NCBI GenBank assembly: GCA_004431415.1
Contig: QPMI01000423.1
Coordinates: 1-64,000 of the forward strand
Direction: 5' to 3'
Origin: Cyanophora paradoxa CCMP329
Taxonomy: Eukaryota; Plantae; Glaucophyta
Length of the DNA: 64,000 bases
Positions 42,284 to 57,861 of the stretch are shown piece by piece. The translations under genes were made by a program, and so were the position numbers. Position 1 is the first letter of the stretch; each line of letters opens with the position of its first letter. The notes under the pieces were generated by a model that worked only from the letters and a program-made list of their open reading frames with translations, was not told the DNA's origin and searched no databases.

Positions 42284-45200
42284 TCAGAGGATCGGCGTCT
42301 CGATCTTGGGTACGTGCTCCTCGGCCAGCACCTGCCCGCCCCCGTTTCAGGTATATATATTCACCGAGCCCCGCCGCCGTGGGCACGAAAGCCAAGGGAG
42401 GGGGGTACGGTCGCGCGCCTCGTACTGGATGAGGTACATGGGGAGGGCCTGCAGGGAGACAGGGGTACGGGGCATGGGCCGAAGGCGAAACGGAAGAAAG
42501 GAAATCTGGGGGTGGGGGGTGGGGTAGGGGACCTGGTGGGGATGGAAGATCACGTACTCCTCGTTGCAGGGGGTTTTGACGCGCTCGACGGAGCCCGACG
42601 GCAGCTGCGGCCGCCCCGCTCAGAGCCACGCTCAGATCAGATCTGATCTGATCCGCGGGCGAGGAAAGCCGGGCGGGGCCTGACCTGAGCCGCCTCGGCG
42701 GGGAGCCGGCGCCCCGGGGTCTGCGCCCGGGCGCTCGCTCAGAAAAAGCGAAGGATGAGGTCCGGGCGGGCGGGCGGGCTGGGTTTTGCGAACGAAGATG
42801 GAGTCGTATCCCGGGGAGGGCCCGGCGCGGGACGGGTCCGGCGTGACGATCGTCTCCGAGCGGCCCACGGCGACGAGCGTGAGCAGGACCGCCCTGCGCC
42901 GGGCCAGGCCGGGCCGGGCCAGTCGGGACAGGGCGCGCGAGGTTGAAGGGAGAGAAAGGAAGAAGGGAGGCGTACCCCGAGCTGTCGTTGTAGTGGTGCG
43001 CCTTGGACGCGTACTGCCGCAGACAGGCTCAGAAGGAACGAACAAGAAGCGGCCCGACGACCAGACACCACCACCACCAACAACACCAACGACGACGACA
43101 AGAGCGGGGTTCGGACCTTGGAGAAGTAGATGCCGGCGCGGCCGAAGACGTTGAGGGGCCCCCCCCAGGAGGCGCTGTGGATGGGCCCGACGGTGGCGGG
43201 GGCCCCCGCGGAGCCGGCCCCCACCTCCGGCGCGTCGAACCCGTCAAGTAGGACGCGCTGCCGGGCCCCGCGGTCAGCTCCCCGCGGAGAGAGACTAGAA
43301 TAGGAAAACAAAGCTGGACTAGAAAACAATCTAAAGGAGGGTACAGGGCCCGCGGGCCTTTCGAAGGGTACAGGGCCCGCGGGACTTCAGATCCCCCTAA
43401 ATCTCCAGAATGTATATGTCTTGCGAAGAATCTATGTAAAAGGCCTTGTCTAGAACGCGGCTGCTAGGCTCGCCTGGAGGATGTCCAACGGGGCCCCGAA
43501 GAAGAGGCGAAGGTTGAGGGCCGCGTCGCTGGCGCCCCGCAGCCGCTCGAAGAACTGCGCCCGCTGCCGCTCCCCCTCCACCCGCCCCGCCTGCCGGGGG
43601 ACCTGAGGGGGAGGGGGGGGGAAGAGGAGAGGGAGGGGGAGAGGTACCTTGAAGATGGCGGTGATGGCGACGGCGGGTACGCCGTGCACGGGCCGCAGCG
43701 AGGAGGCCACCTCGTCGCAGACCTGCCGGAACTCGCGGCTCTCCGGCGCTAAAAAAAGGGGGGGGCGGGGCAAGTCAGCCGGGGGTACGGGTTCGGGGTC
43801 GGGGTCGGGGGGGTGGGGGGTACGGACCGACGCGGACGACGGGGGCCTGCGGGTCGACCTCCCAGCCGCTCGCGAGCTGGGCCAGCTCGAGCTGGAGGAG
43901 CTTGGGGAGACCGGGGGGTACGTCCGAGATGCCGGGGGCGGCGCCCCGCCCGGCCGGCGAGGGCGGGAAGGAGGGCGGGTTGGACCCGGCCGAGCGCGAG
44001 GGGCTCGGGCTGACGGAGCGCGGCGAGGCGCTGGGGGGGCGGAAGGGTGAGTCTCGGTCCGAGGAGGCCCCGCCGTCCGTGGGCGGCCGGAAGAGTGGCG
44101 GCATCGCCACGGGCGGAGGGCCCGCAATCCCGCTGCTCGCCGCCGCCGCTGCGCGCGCCCGCCCGCCCGTTCCCTTAAGGGCTCAGAAGAACAGCTCGGC
44201 TGATGGGAGGCGCGGACCGACGGCGGCGACGGTGCGGGCGGCGAGCTGGCGGGAGGACGATTCCCGGTACGCGGCAAACTCTTTCTCTGCGTGGAGGAGG
44301 GGGGATACGCGGCCTCAGCGGGGGTACAGGGATGCGCCGTGATGCGATGCGGGTGTAGGCCGCGCGGACCGAGCATGGCGCGCTCGCGGCGCTCCTTGGC
44401 GAGCTCCGCGGTGAGGTACTCGATGAACGACTCCTGCTTTACCGCCTGCGGGGAGGGGGTGAGAAGGGGGGGGGCGGGGACTTCGGGGGGGGGGGGGGGG
44501 GGGTGGAGGTGGGGGAGCGCGTGCCTTCGTTCGCAGCGCGAGGATCTCGCTCCGCATCTGCGGGGGGCGTTCGGGGGGGCGAGCGCGGGGCAGAGGAGGC
44601 GGGGAGGGGCGGGGCGGGCCTGCTCGATGAGCCCGAGCTCCATGCTGTACTCCTGCAGCCGCCGCTCCCGCCTGCGAGGACGGCCGGGGCCGGTGTGACG
44701 CCGAGAAGCAAGCGGGGAGGGGGAGTAGAGGAAAGCAAGGGGGGGAAGGGGCGCACCACTGCTCGACGGCGGTGTGCAGCGAGCGCATGTCGAGGTAGTC
44801 GCGCTGAGGGGGGGAGAAACGGAGTCAGATCGGGTCAAGCGGATCCAGAGCCACAGGCGTGACTCACCTGAACGAGGGGGGATTCCTCGAGGGCGGAGGG
44901 GACCTCGGGGTGGGGATAGAAGCACATCAGCACGGACTGGTCCCACTTGTCCGTGAGGCCCTTGAATCGCGACGCGAGGATGGCGTCGTCCGTGAAACCG
45001 TGCCGCTTGAAAAATCTGCCGAAAGGATTAAAAATAGGCCCGTGGGGGCGCGGGAGGGGGGTACGGGCGCGCGGGGCGGACCCGACGGCGGAGTGGTCGG
45101 CGTACGTGATGATGACGTCGTACGTGCCGACGCAGCGCATGTTCTTCACCGTCTGCGGGGGGTGGGGGGGTACGGGGCGGGAGGTCGGGGGTACCATCGC

Positions 45201-47363
45201 AGAAGGAGAGGCGGGGGGGTACGCACGTCCATGAGGCGGGCGCCGACGCCGAGCGCCTGGTACTTCGTTCGCGTCCCGATGAGCGAGATCTGCCGACGAG
45301 GAGCGTGAGCGCGGCGCGGCGGAGCGGGCGCCCAGCAAAGCTAAGCGAGCAAGCCAAGGTGGCGTCGAGCATGCGAGCCGCACTAGCTAAGAGCGGGCAG
45401 GGGGGGCGGGGGAGCGGGGGGGCGGGCCTGGAGGAGGCGGACGCCGAGGCTGTTCTCCACGAACTCGTACGAGATCGCCCCCACCAGCCGCGCCTGCGCG
45501 GGGCGGGGCGCGGGGCGGGGCGGGAAGGCTCAGGTTCGGCTCGGACCACGCTCAGCTGAGCTCAGCTGAGCTGGGGGCGGGGCGCTTGCCTTGGCAGGGA
45601 CGGGGTCCCCAGGCCCGAACTCCCGGTGCGGCCTCCGCCGCGGCGCCAGCTGCGCGCGGCGAGGCGGGTCGGTTAGGGGGCGAGGCGAGGAGAGCGGCGA
45701 AGGTTTGGACGGGGAGGAACGGGAGGCACGAGGCTAGATAGCCTCCTCCTCCCTTAGAGTGACCTTGGATTTTGGATCTGGAACTTAGATTGGATCGCAG
45801 CGCACGCACCTCGACGGACTTCGCGAAGGAGGCGGCCAGCGAGGCCGCGGCCGCGGCCGAGGGCGAGGCGGCCGCGGCGACGGCCGGCGGGGGGAGGGCG
45901 TCCGACTTTGCCCCCGGGATGGGCAGCTGCAGCTTGGCCGACTGATCGACCGGAGAGGAGGCGGTGAGCGGGCGGGCGGACGAGGGAGGGCGCGCGCAAG
46001 CGCGTAGTACCTTGGGCGGCGTCGGCGGCACCTGCGGCCCCTGCTCGGCTGCGCGTAAGCGGAAGGGGGCGCGGGGGAGGGGGCGGGCGCGGGGGCGGGG
46101 CGCGCCTTGCTGCTGCTGCTACTCGCGGGGCGCACCGCATCCTTCTCCCTTCGCCGCTTGTCCATCCGGTACTCGTCCTCGCTGAATCCTGTACCCCCGG
46201 CGGCGCCGCTCAGCCGCCCGCACAGCGGAGGCGCCCTCGCGGGGGGGGGGGGGGGGGGGGGGGGGGAGGTACAGGCGCACCGTCCGTCTCCTCTTCCTCC
46301 TCCTCCTCCTCCTCTTCCTCGTCGTCGCCGTCCTCCTCCTCGCCGTCCTTGCCGCCCCCGGCGCGCTTCTTCCCGTCCCCCTCCCCCTCGGCGTCGCTGC
46401 GGCGGCCGGTCGGCTCGGGCCGCGCGGGGCCGGGCCGCTGCGCGATCTAGACAGGGCGGCTCGCCTGTCCGTGTACGAGCTCGTCTCCTCGTCCTCGCTA
46501 TCGGTCTCCTGCGCGGGGCGCGGGGCGCGAGCGTAAGGGAGGGAGGAAGGGCGGCCCCATGAGGATCCGGCGCCCCCCGGCCCCCCGCGCGCCTTGTTCA
46601 CGAGCGACGGATCGATTTTGGAGACGCGGTGCGCCTCTAGCGCCTCCTGCGCGGGCGCGCGCGTGTGTGAGCTGTGGGGCGGGTTCGCGGGAAGGCGCGC
46701 CGCGCCGCGAACCAGCTCGGCCCGGACGAGCGCGGCGTTCTTGGCGCGCTCCCGGCGCTCCCGCTGCACATCTGCGGCCGCGCGCGTGGGCGCCGGGTCG
46801 GGCCGCGCCGGGCGGGGCGAGAGAAGCGCCGTAGTCTCAACGCACCGTCCTCGCTCCGCCGGAGGACGATCGTGTACGCGTTGGGAGTGAAGATGAGATC
46901 CCTCAGAAACGCCTTCGAGACCTGTGGCGCGCGGCTCACGCCGCGGTCCCGGAACGCGGCATCGGGCGCCCCTCGACGCTACTCTCGCCTAGCGATCGGC
47001 TGCGGCTCGGACCTAGCGGCACGCGACGTCCGCCCCGAGCCGAGCGGTGATTTGAAAAGGGCCGGGCCGGGGCGCGCGGGCCCACCTCGGGGAGCACATG
47101 GTGGTAGAGCGAGATGACCGCCTCGCGCAGCTCCTTGTCGAACTCGCCGAAGAGATGGAGCTGGATGGGGACCAGGCGGAGGAGCTCGCGGCGGCGGCGG
47201 ATCAGGAGCTCTGAGCGACGGGATTTCGTCCGCGTCAGGCCGCTCCCTCGCGCGCGAAGGGCTGGCGCTGCGCAGGCGCCTAGCCGAGTGCGGGGAAGTT
47301 ATGCGAGGTGACGAGCACACCTGTGTATAGATCCGGCCCGGCCGCCGGCAGCTGGCTGCGCAT
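42284..47363 (-). CDS. GCN5-like acetyltransferase domain + coiled coil + PARP-like (ADP-ribosyltransferase fold) domain protein
   Basis: GNAT part: AVISLYHHVLPEVSKAFLRDLIF, LVGAISYEF, IITYADHSAV-RFFKRHGF. PARP part: LRLFFGAPLDILQRVLLDGF, FGRAGIYFS, VLLTLVAVGR, GYDSI, NEEYVIFHPHQALPMYLIQY. Linking exons spliced by eye. Confidence 0.7.
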
Positions 47364-47587
47364 CCGCGTTGGTGGCAGCTGCAGGCTGCAGCGAGCCGTG
47401 CGATTGGCCTGCCCGGGTACGGCGTTCTTTCAAAGTCTGCGGTGCCCGGAGCTCGAGGCTTCGCGCTGGACTTTCGCTGCGCGTGGCAAGGTTGTGCGGC
47501 GGCTGCTCGACACCGCGGAGAAGGCTTACTAGACCGCGCTCGGGCGAGACAGGGGATTCAGTCCGGCGAGCCCGCCGCGAACTAGCG

Positions 47588-51070
<3,483 letters not shown>

Positions 51071-51292
51071 CTAGGCGCGCGCCGATGGAAATTGCTTCGG
51101 TTCATAAATTAATTCTAGAATTTTCCCAAGCAAAGGAGCCTCGGATGCAGCTAGGAGACTCATGCAAGCTGCCGGGCGCCCGCCGGGCCGGGCGGAGGGC
51201 GCCGGCCGGGCCGGCGGCTAGCGCTAGCGCTGGGGCCCGGCCGCGGGGCCGAGAGGCTCGAAGTCCACGGTCGGGGGGTACGAGGTCCGGCG

Positions 51293-52147
51293 ATGGCGCT
51301 GCGGGGTCCGTGCCTTAAGCTTGCGGCGTCGCGAGCGCCGTGTGCGGCGCTGGCCCGCACGGCGCTGCGATCGAGCGTGCCGCTGCGGCGGGCGGCAGCG
51401 TTCGGGCCGCTGCCGTTGTTGAGTTCGTCCCGCGGGCACGAGCGGGCGTTGCTGTCGAGTTGGAGCGGCGCTGTGCGGGGGACGGGGCGATGCGAAGCGT
51501 CGGCGCCCCCGCCGGGCGACCGCGGGCAGGCGTCGAGCGACGGCGCTGGCCCGTCGGAGGTCGATCGTCCGCCGACCAACACAGAGCGACTGAAGAAGCT
51601 CATCCAGCTGTACGGACCGCTGGGTGCGATGCCGCACGCGCGCTGTGCCTTCCCGGTTGGCCGCTTCCATGTTCTCACCTGAAGCTTTCGCGTGTGCGCG
51701 CCGCTTCGACGCGCAGCGCTCACGTTCCATCTCTCGGTGGCAGGCATAAGCCTCGGTGAGGTCCTTTTCTTCTCCCTACCTGTCGAGCCTGAGCCTGCGC
51801 ATGCTTCGAGCTCCGGATATCGATCCAAGCTTACCCTCGAGCGCAGGTTCGCTCTACGCTCTGATCCACGCGGGGGTGGACGTGCCTGCACTCCTGTCCC
51901 GCCTCGGCCTCGGCGGCGAGTTCCTCGAGGCCGAGGCCGTTGGCTCCACGCTCCTCGTCGCCGTCGCCGCGTGCGCTCGCTTCAAATTTGATCTCGCGGC
52001 TCGCTGCGTCTCCTGATCATGAGGCGCGGGGCGGCGGGGCGCAGGAACACGGCGATCGGCCCGCTGCGCATCGCCCTCACGCTGGCGGCCGTCCCGCCCC
52101 TGGCGAAGGCCCTCGAGCGCTGGAGGAAGGGACGGCCCAAGCAGTGA
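51293..52147 (+). CDS. FAM210B/DUF1279-like organellar membrane protein, copy 1
   Basis: Arg/Ala/Ser leader, RLKKLIQLYGPL, LYALIHAGVDV, GSTLLVAVAA, PLRIALTLAAVPPL. Confidence 0.8.
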
Positions 52148-54901
52148 GCTCGAGTCCGAGTCGGACGACGCGACGAGGCTAGGATAGATAGATGCATACG
52201 AGATTTGATTTGGCTAGGCGGCTGGGGAGTCATACTTAGGCTCGCGACCAGCAGCGGGGCCGGGCAATGAACTTTTCAATTTGTTGAGCGTTTTCTGTAC
52301 ATGTACCACGCGTACGGTCAGCTCCCGAGCGGGCGCCGGCGCCTAGGTGGGCGCAAGCGCCTGGGCCTCGGGCGGAGAGGCGGCCGCCGCGGCCGGCCAC
52401 GGGGTCCCCGGGGGACTCGGGAGACCGGCCGCGGGGGAGATCGATATCGCTGTATTAATTCAATGATTAATATTATACATATAAATCGGGCAGCACTCAT
52501 ATGCATGATCAAGCTCTCCAGCGAACGCTCTAGATCTCTCCACGAGCACACCGGCGCCGGCTTCAGGCCAGAAGTCGGCCGAGGCGGGAATCGAGAGTCT
52601 CAAGCTCAGAATCCCAGAGAGGGCGCCCGAGGCTCATGATCATGATCAAGAGCTCACGCTGGGACGAGCCTCGCGATCGGAGGAGCCTCGGAGGAGCACG
52701 GGCAGGGGCGACAGTATAGCGCTGAAGGCTGCGGATTCGAATTCACGAGGGCCTCGAGCTCCTCCACTGTAGCTAGATCTAGCTAGATATACAGCTAGCC
52801 CAACACCAAACCTACCATGTAGACAGAGCACAGCACTCGACGGTCCTCAGTGTTACTAAGTTATCTAGTCGGAGAGATAAATTGGGCGATGTGAAACTCC
52901 TAGTACTTCTTGTTGTGTGCTAATGCAAATCGTGTGTGAGGGCCTCGAGCTCGACGGGGGGAACGAGGGGGGGGAGGGGGGGGGGGGGGGGGGGTCGGGG
53001 TCGGAGGGGGCCCGCCCCCTCGAGCTCCCCCTCCCCTCTCTTCATGATCAATCCCCGACTGTTTTTTGCAACCGCCCCGCCCCCCCCCCCCTCCCCACCT
53101 CCCTTCCACCCGCCCGCCCCCCTCTTCCGCCTCCTCCCGATCCCCTAGGTCGGTCTGCAGTGAACCGTTGAACCGACCCCCCTGGCCTCCCGCCCCCGGG
53201 CCCGGCCCGCCCGCCCCCTCTTTGCCCCCCCACCCCCACCCCCCAACCTCGTTAACCACGACCAGCATCAGTACCATCAGTACCAGCATCATGATCAGGC
53301 ACCGGTACCGCGCGCGGCACCGAACGGCGCGTGCACGAAGTGATGACAAAAAAAAGATGACAGGAGCAGCGGACCGGTACGGGGGGGTATACGTATGCGG
53401 TACCGGCACACTAGTTCTCGCAGCGTGCCCGAGGAGCAGCGGACCGGCACACTTGCAACTGAAGTCTGTGCAATCGCACTGCGCGCCGAAGTAGGACTGC
53501 TGCCCCTTCAGCTTGTGCCATGCGCACGGAGACTTCAGTTTCAGCGCCAGATGAGCGGAATTTAACGCCGATATCGACGCGGCCGCGGCGAATCAGCGGA
53601 CCATCACGTCACACCTCTAGATCTCTCGCTCGAGCTCTTGTCCACGCGGGTGAGCCAGACAACGATTGCTTTCATTGATCTTGCTTCGTATATATGCGCG
53701 TACCGTCGGCCGCGGGCTGACCGGTGCCCGGCCGCGGGGCGGGTTCTTCGTGAGCGCAGGCCGTCAGACAGCGCAGGCCGCTGCTCCGCTCATGGGCAGA
53801 GCGTACGCGTACGCGTTCGGGACCGCGAGCTCGAGATTGGAGTACTTCGCGCCCGCCGCAATCGATCGCAATGTCGATATCGCGCCTCCGGATCCGGACA
53901 CAGCTGGCCATTGTGATGATGAGCGGTCGACCTCCATGATGACCATGAAGCTTCAGGACAGTCGGACTGTCGCGCGACAATCTGATCATGACTTCGAGAC
54001 GATATCAATGCAAACGAGCGCATTTGGAGACACTTCGGACTCGAGCTCGCGATTGCAATCGTCGACGCCGGCGCCAGCTGCATTATTATATATAATTAGA
54101 TTCTGCAGCTGGATGCACGTGCACGTGCAAGGTACCGGTACCGGTGCGGGGTGCACTTGCAAACGCAGCTCATGATCACCGGCCGTTCTCTGTGGATCTT
54201 GAGGCGCAACGGGCGGCTTCGAAGCGCACAACCGCTTTTTACACTGTCTCGGCCATTATAGCCGGAGGATGGGCTGCGCGTGAAGTGAAACGCGCCGCTG
54301 CTGCAGTCGGCATCAAGGGAATCGCACCAGGTTCGAATATAACGTTAACTCGTCACCCGATTATATATGATCATGAAGTTCTCTTTACTGAGCCAATAGG
54401 TTCACGCAGCTGCCGCTTTCCTCGTTGCCACTGGGGCTCCCGCGTTATTTGGATGCTTGGAGATCATGATCATGTGCGTCCAAAATAAGAATTTTTAGTG
54501 CTACCCATTCACATCTAGATCAGCTGCAGAACTTGAATGAATTTTTATTGCGTCCTTCCGCATGTACATGTACATACATATGCATATGCATAGGAAATCG
54601 GGAGGCGATGCCGTTGCTCGGAAAATGGGTGGAACCCTGCTCGAAGTTCCAGAGCGCTCCCACACGGACATGAAGTAAGAAAATGTTATATTAATATTCG
54701 TGTCCGCGTAGGCTGCAGTATCGTATATATCGCTGACGTCGACGTTGGCGTTTTCCAGCCATGTACATGTAGATCTGGAATCCAAAAAGACTGGCCTTCT
54801 TCGAATGGTGGCAGAGCTGAGCGCTGCCGCGGGCCTCCCTCGGCCGCCACCGGTGTACCTCATTCCGAAGGTCCAGAGACGTGCTTCGAACTTGATCTTG
54901 A

Positions 54902-55002
<101 letters not shown>

Positions 55003-57088
55003 CATAGCCTGATCATGACAGAGTTCCACGTGCACTGCGCCAGGACGAATTGAATGCATTTGCAGCTGGGATCACCCCCCAAACGTACTCGATCCATTTT
55101 TACCTCCGTTCTTTCTTTTCGTCAATTTATTGACTAGCAGTACATTTAATTCGAGGCTCTAGGTCTGCGCTGGGAGTGACACGCGGAGCCCTCGAACGCT
55201 TCACGGCCGAGGAGCTACGTGCTGTTCTAGGGCACGAGGTACTGCTGTTCGAATTCGGAATAGAGCCGGCGCCGCGCGCGCCTTGTGACACATCGATATA
55301 TATCATGTCATCAATATACATTAATGATGTAGCTATAGTGTGTAGATGTATCTAAAAAATCGAATCTAAATCTAGATCTAAATTAAATCAATCTATTAAG
55401 AGATTACTAAGTTAGCAGGTAATGCATGCGGAAACTTCAAGCTTACTATCTAGATCTAGATCTTATTTTATCATTACCAAACCAATCGGCCACGCCGTGT
55501 GACGAATTCAAACAGATCAGCCACATCATGAACGGGGATGTGATGGCTGGGTGCGTCCACGTCGCGATCGAAACGCATAAAAAGCTTAAGAAAATTCAAA
55601 GATGCGTGCACTTTCAAATTCATCTCTTGTCTAACGTTGTCTCTACTGGGACTCGTGATATCGATCAGAACTGCTCTGTCGGTCTTGCTTGGAGGTTCGT
55701 TTCGTCATATTTAATTTCTCTTTTAATTTAATGTCTCCCGCGTGATCATGACCTTGCTGCAATTTATTTCGCCGCCGAGTTGCGCAGGGTTCTTCGGCGT
55801 CAGCCGTTTGGGTTTCGAGCTTTTCACAAGCGCGAAGTCAGCGGAGGGACTGACGGGAGCAATTGCAAGCGGAGGGACACCTTTCAGGGATGACATGCAA
55901 GCGGGGCTCGGGGGGTTGGCTCTCATGTTTTTAGGGTCCTACTCCGCGTTCCCTGGACTTCTCCTTCGATCGGGTTCGAATTCAATTCTGCACATGCGCA
56001 TGCATATGATTTAATTTGAGAGAGATCCAACTGTTTTTAGAGTCTCAATTGAGTAGACGCGCGCGTTATAATTGATTCGTTCGAACCCCCGCAGTGGTTA
56101 GCCAAAACCGCGAGCACCTTGCCGATGCTAGCTCCTGCCACCTGACAGGAAGGTTCATTGGTTCTATTGCATGCCATGATGTATTTAACTATTACATCTC
56201 TGTGATTATATGTGCTGATTAAATGCGTTGGTCAGCGCTAGCTGCCGCGCGCGGGTTAATCATTCTAATGCGTTCGATACCAGGCCTGGCGACCTCGCTG
56301 CCGCCATTCAGCGAATTCAAGCAGAGCAAAAGAAGAACAATTCAAGTTTAAGCATCCGTGCGCTCATGATCATACCCGGATGCACTTCAATGCTTTCATA
56401 GTATATTATATAGATAAATTCACGCGCACGTCAACCCTTGACGGATCTCAGAAAGCGAGATCCAGAGGTCTTTAGACCCCTACCATCACCTGTTTTTTTC
56501 GGGTGGACCGCGCGCGAACGCGTTCTCAGCTCGGGGCGTGGTGCAAGTGAGCGACCGTAATTAATATTCGCGAATTCGATGCATATGCGGTCCGTATGAT
56601 ATATATTAATCTCGCAGTTTTTCACGATCTCGACCCACCCGCTGCTGGAGGAGCGAATCAGACGTGCCGAGGACCGTGCACGCGAGCTCGAGCTCGCAAT
56701 CGAGTCTCGACGCTGTTCCTCGTAATTAACTCAGCATGATTAATTAATTTCGTTGAACACTCTTTCGATGTACATGTTCTCTTTCGAATTCGCGACTCGA
56801 CGTCGACACCGCGGCAACCAATCAATCCATATCTTATAATTCACCTAGCTATAGGGCCTTGCGAAAAATTGCATAGTCAAGCCTTCGAGCACAGTTGAGC
56901 ACGGTCCGATCATGATCATAAGGGATCCGGAGCACAGGCAGCTGCAGGAATTCGAACTGGTTACGCAGCGTTTACCTTTCATTTCGCGATTGCAGGTGCG
57001 GGGAGCAGGGTTGGGCAGGATCCGGATGTTAACGTTTGCCTTTAATTTGCTGGTCCCGCTGCTGGCCATATGCATGGTCTAGAACTGG

Positions 57089-57247
57089 GCTGGGATCCGT
57101 GCTCGAATGGAAAGCGGACGAATAAATTAAAAAGCGTCCGCTTTCCATTCAAGCACGGATCCCAGCATTTTATGCATTATGCATGCTGATGCATTATGTA
57201 CAAAGCTCCCCAGTTCGAATGCATCAGCTGGGGAGCTTTGTACATAA
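57089..57247. repeat. Two adjacent inverted repeats (32-bp and 20-bp arms)
   Basis: 57089-57120 pairs with 57135-57166 (one mismatch); 57194-57213 pairs perfectly with 57228-57247. Confidence 0.9.
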
Positions 57248-57675
57248 ATGCCAAGGCAAATGCCCATCAGCTGGGGAGCATTGTACATTTGCCGGCAGGT
57301 TGTCGAAGAAAGAGGACCAAGAGTCCAGATTTCCATAGGGCAGAAGGGCTAGCGAGGCGCCGGGGCGGAAGGGGCCGGGCCTGAAGAAGGTAGGGGGCAG
57401 GAGGATTTCCAGCTGGGGAAGGGGGAGGGGGCGGGGGAGGCCGGAGGCGGAGGAAAGGAGGGGGAAGGTCGGAGGCGGACGGAGGAGGGGGTGGGTGGGT
57501 GTGTGGGGGTGGGTGGGGGTGGGATGTGGGGTGGGGTGGGCGGTAGCGAGGAGGCAGAGGGGCTCGGGGGTAGGTCGGAGGCGGAAAGGGGCAGGAGGGA
57601 TCGAGGAGGGAAGCCGGGGTGCCGGAGGGGAGGGGAGGGGGGGGGAGAGAGAGAGAGAGACGGGCCGTGCACCCG

Positions 57676-57710
<35 letters not shown>

Positions 57711-57861
57711 CCCCCCCAAGGCTCGCGCCACCGGGGGAGGAGGAAGACGGGGGGCTCGGATCGGAGCGGCCAAGGGAGATGGGGAAGATGGCAGAGAGGG
57801 AGGGGAGCGGATCCGGAGCGGCCAAGCCCGAAAGCCGGAGGCGGGGGGGTACGGCCCTCCC

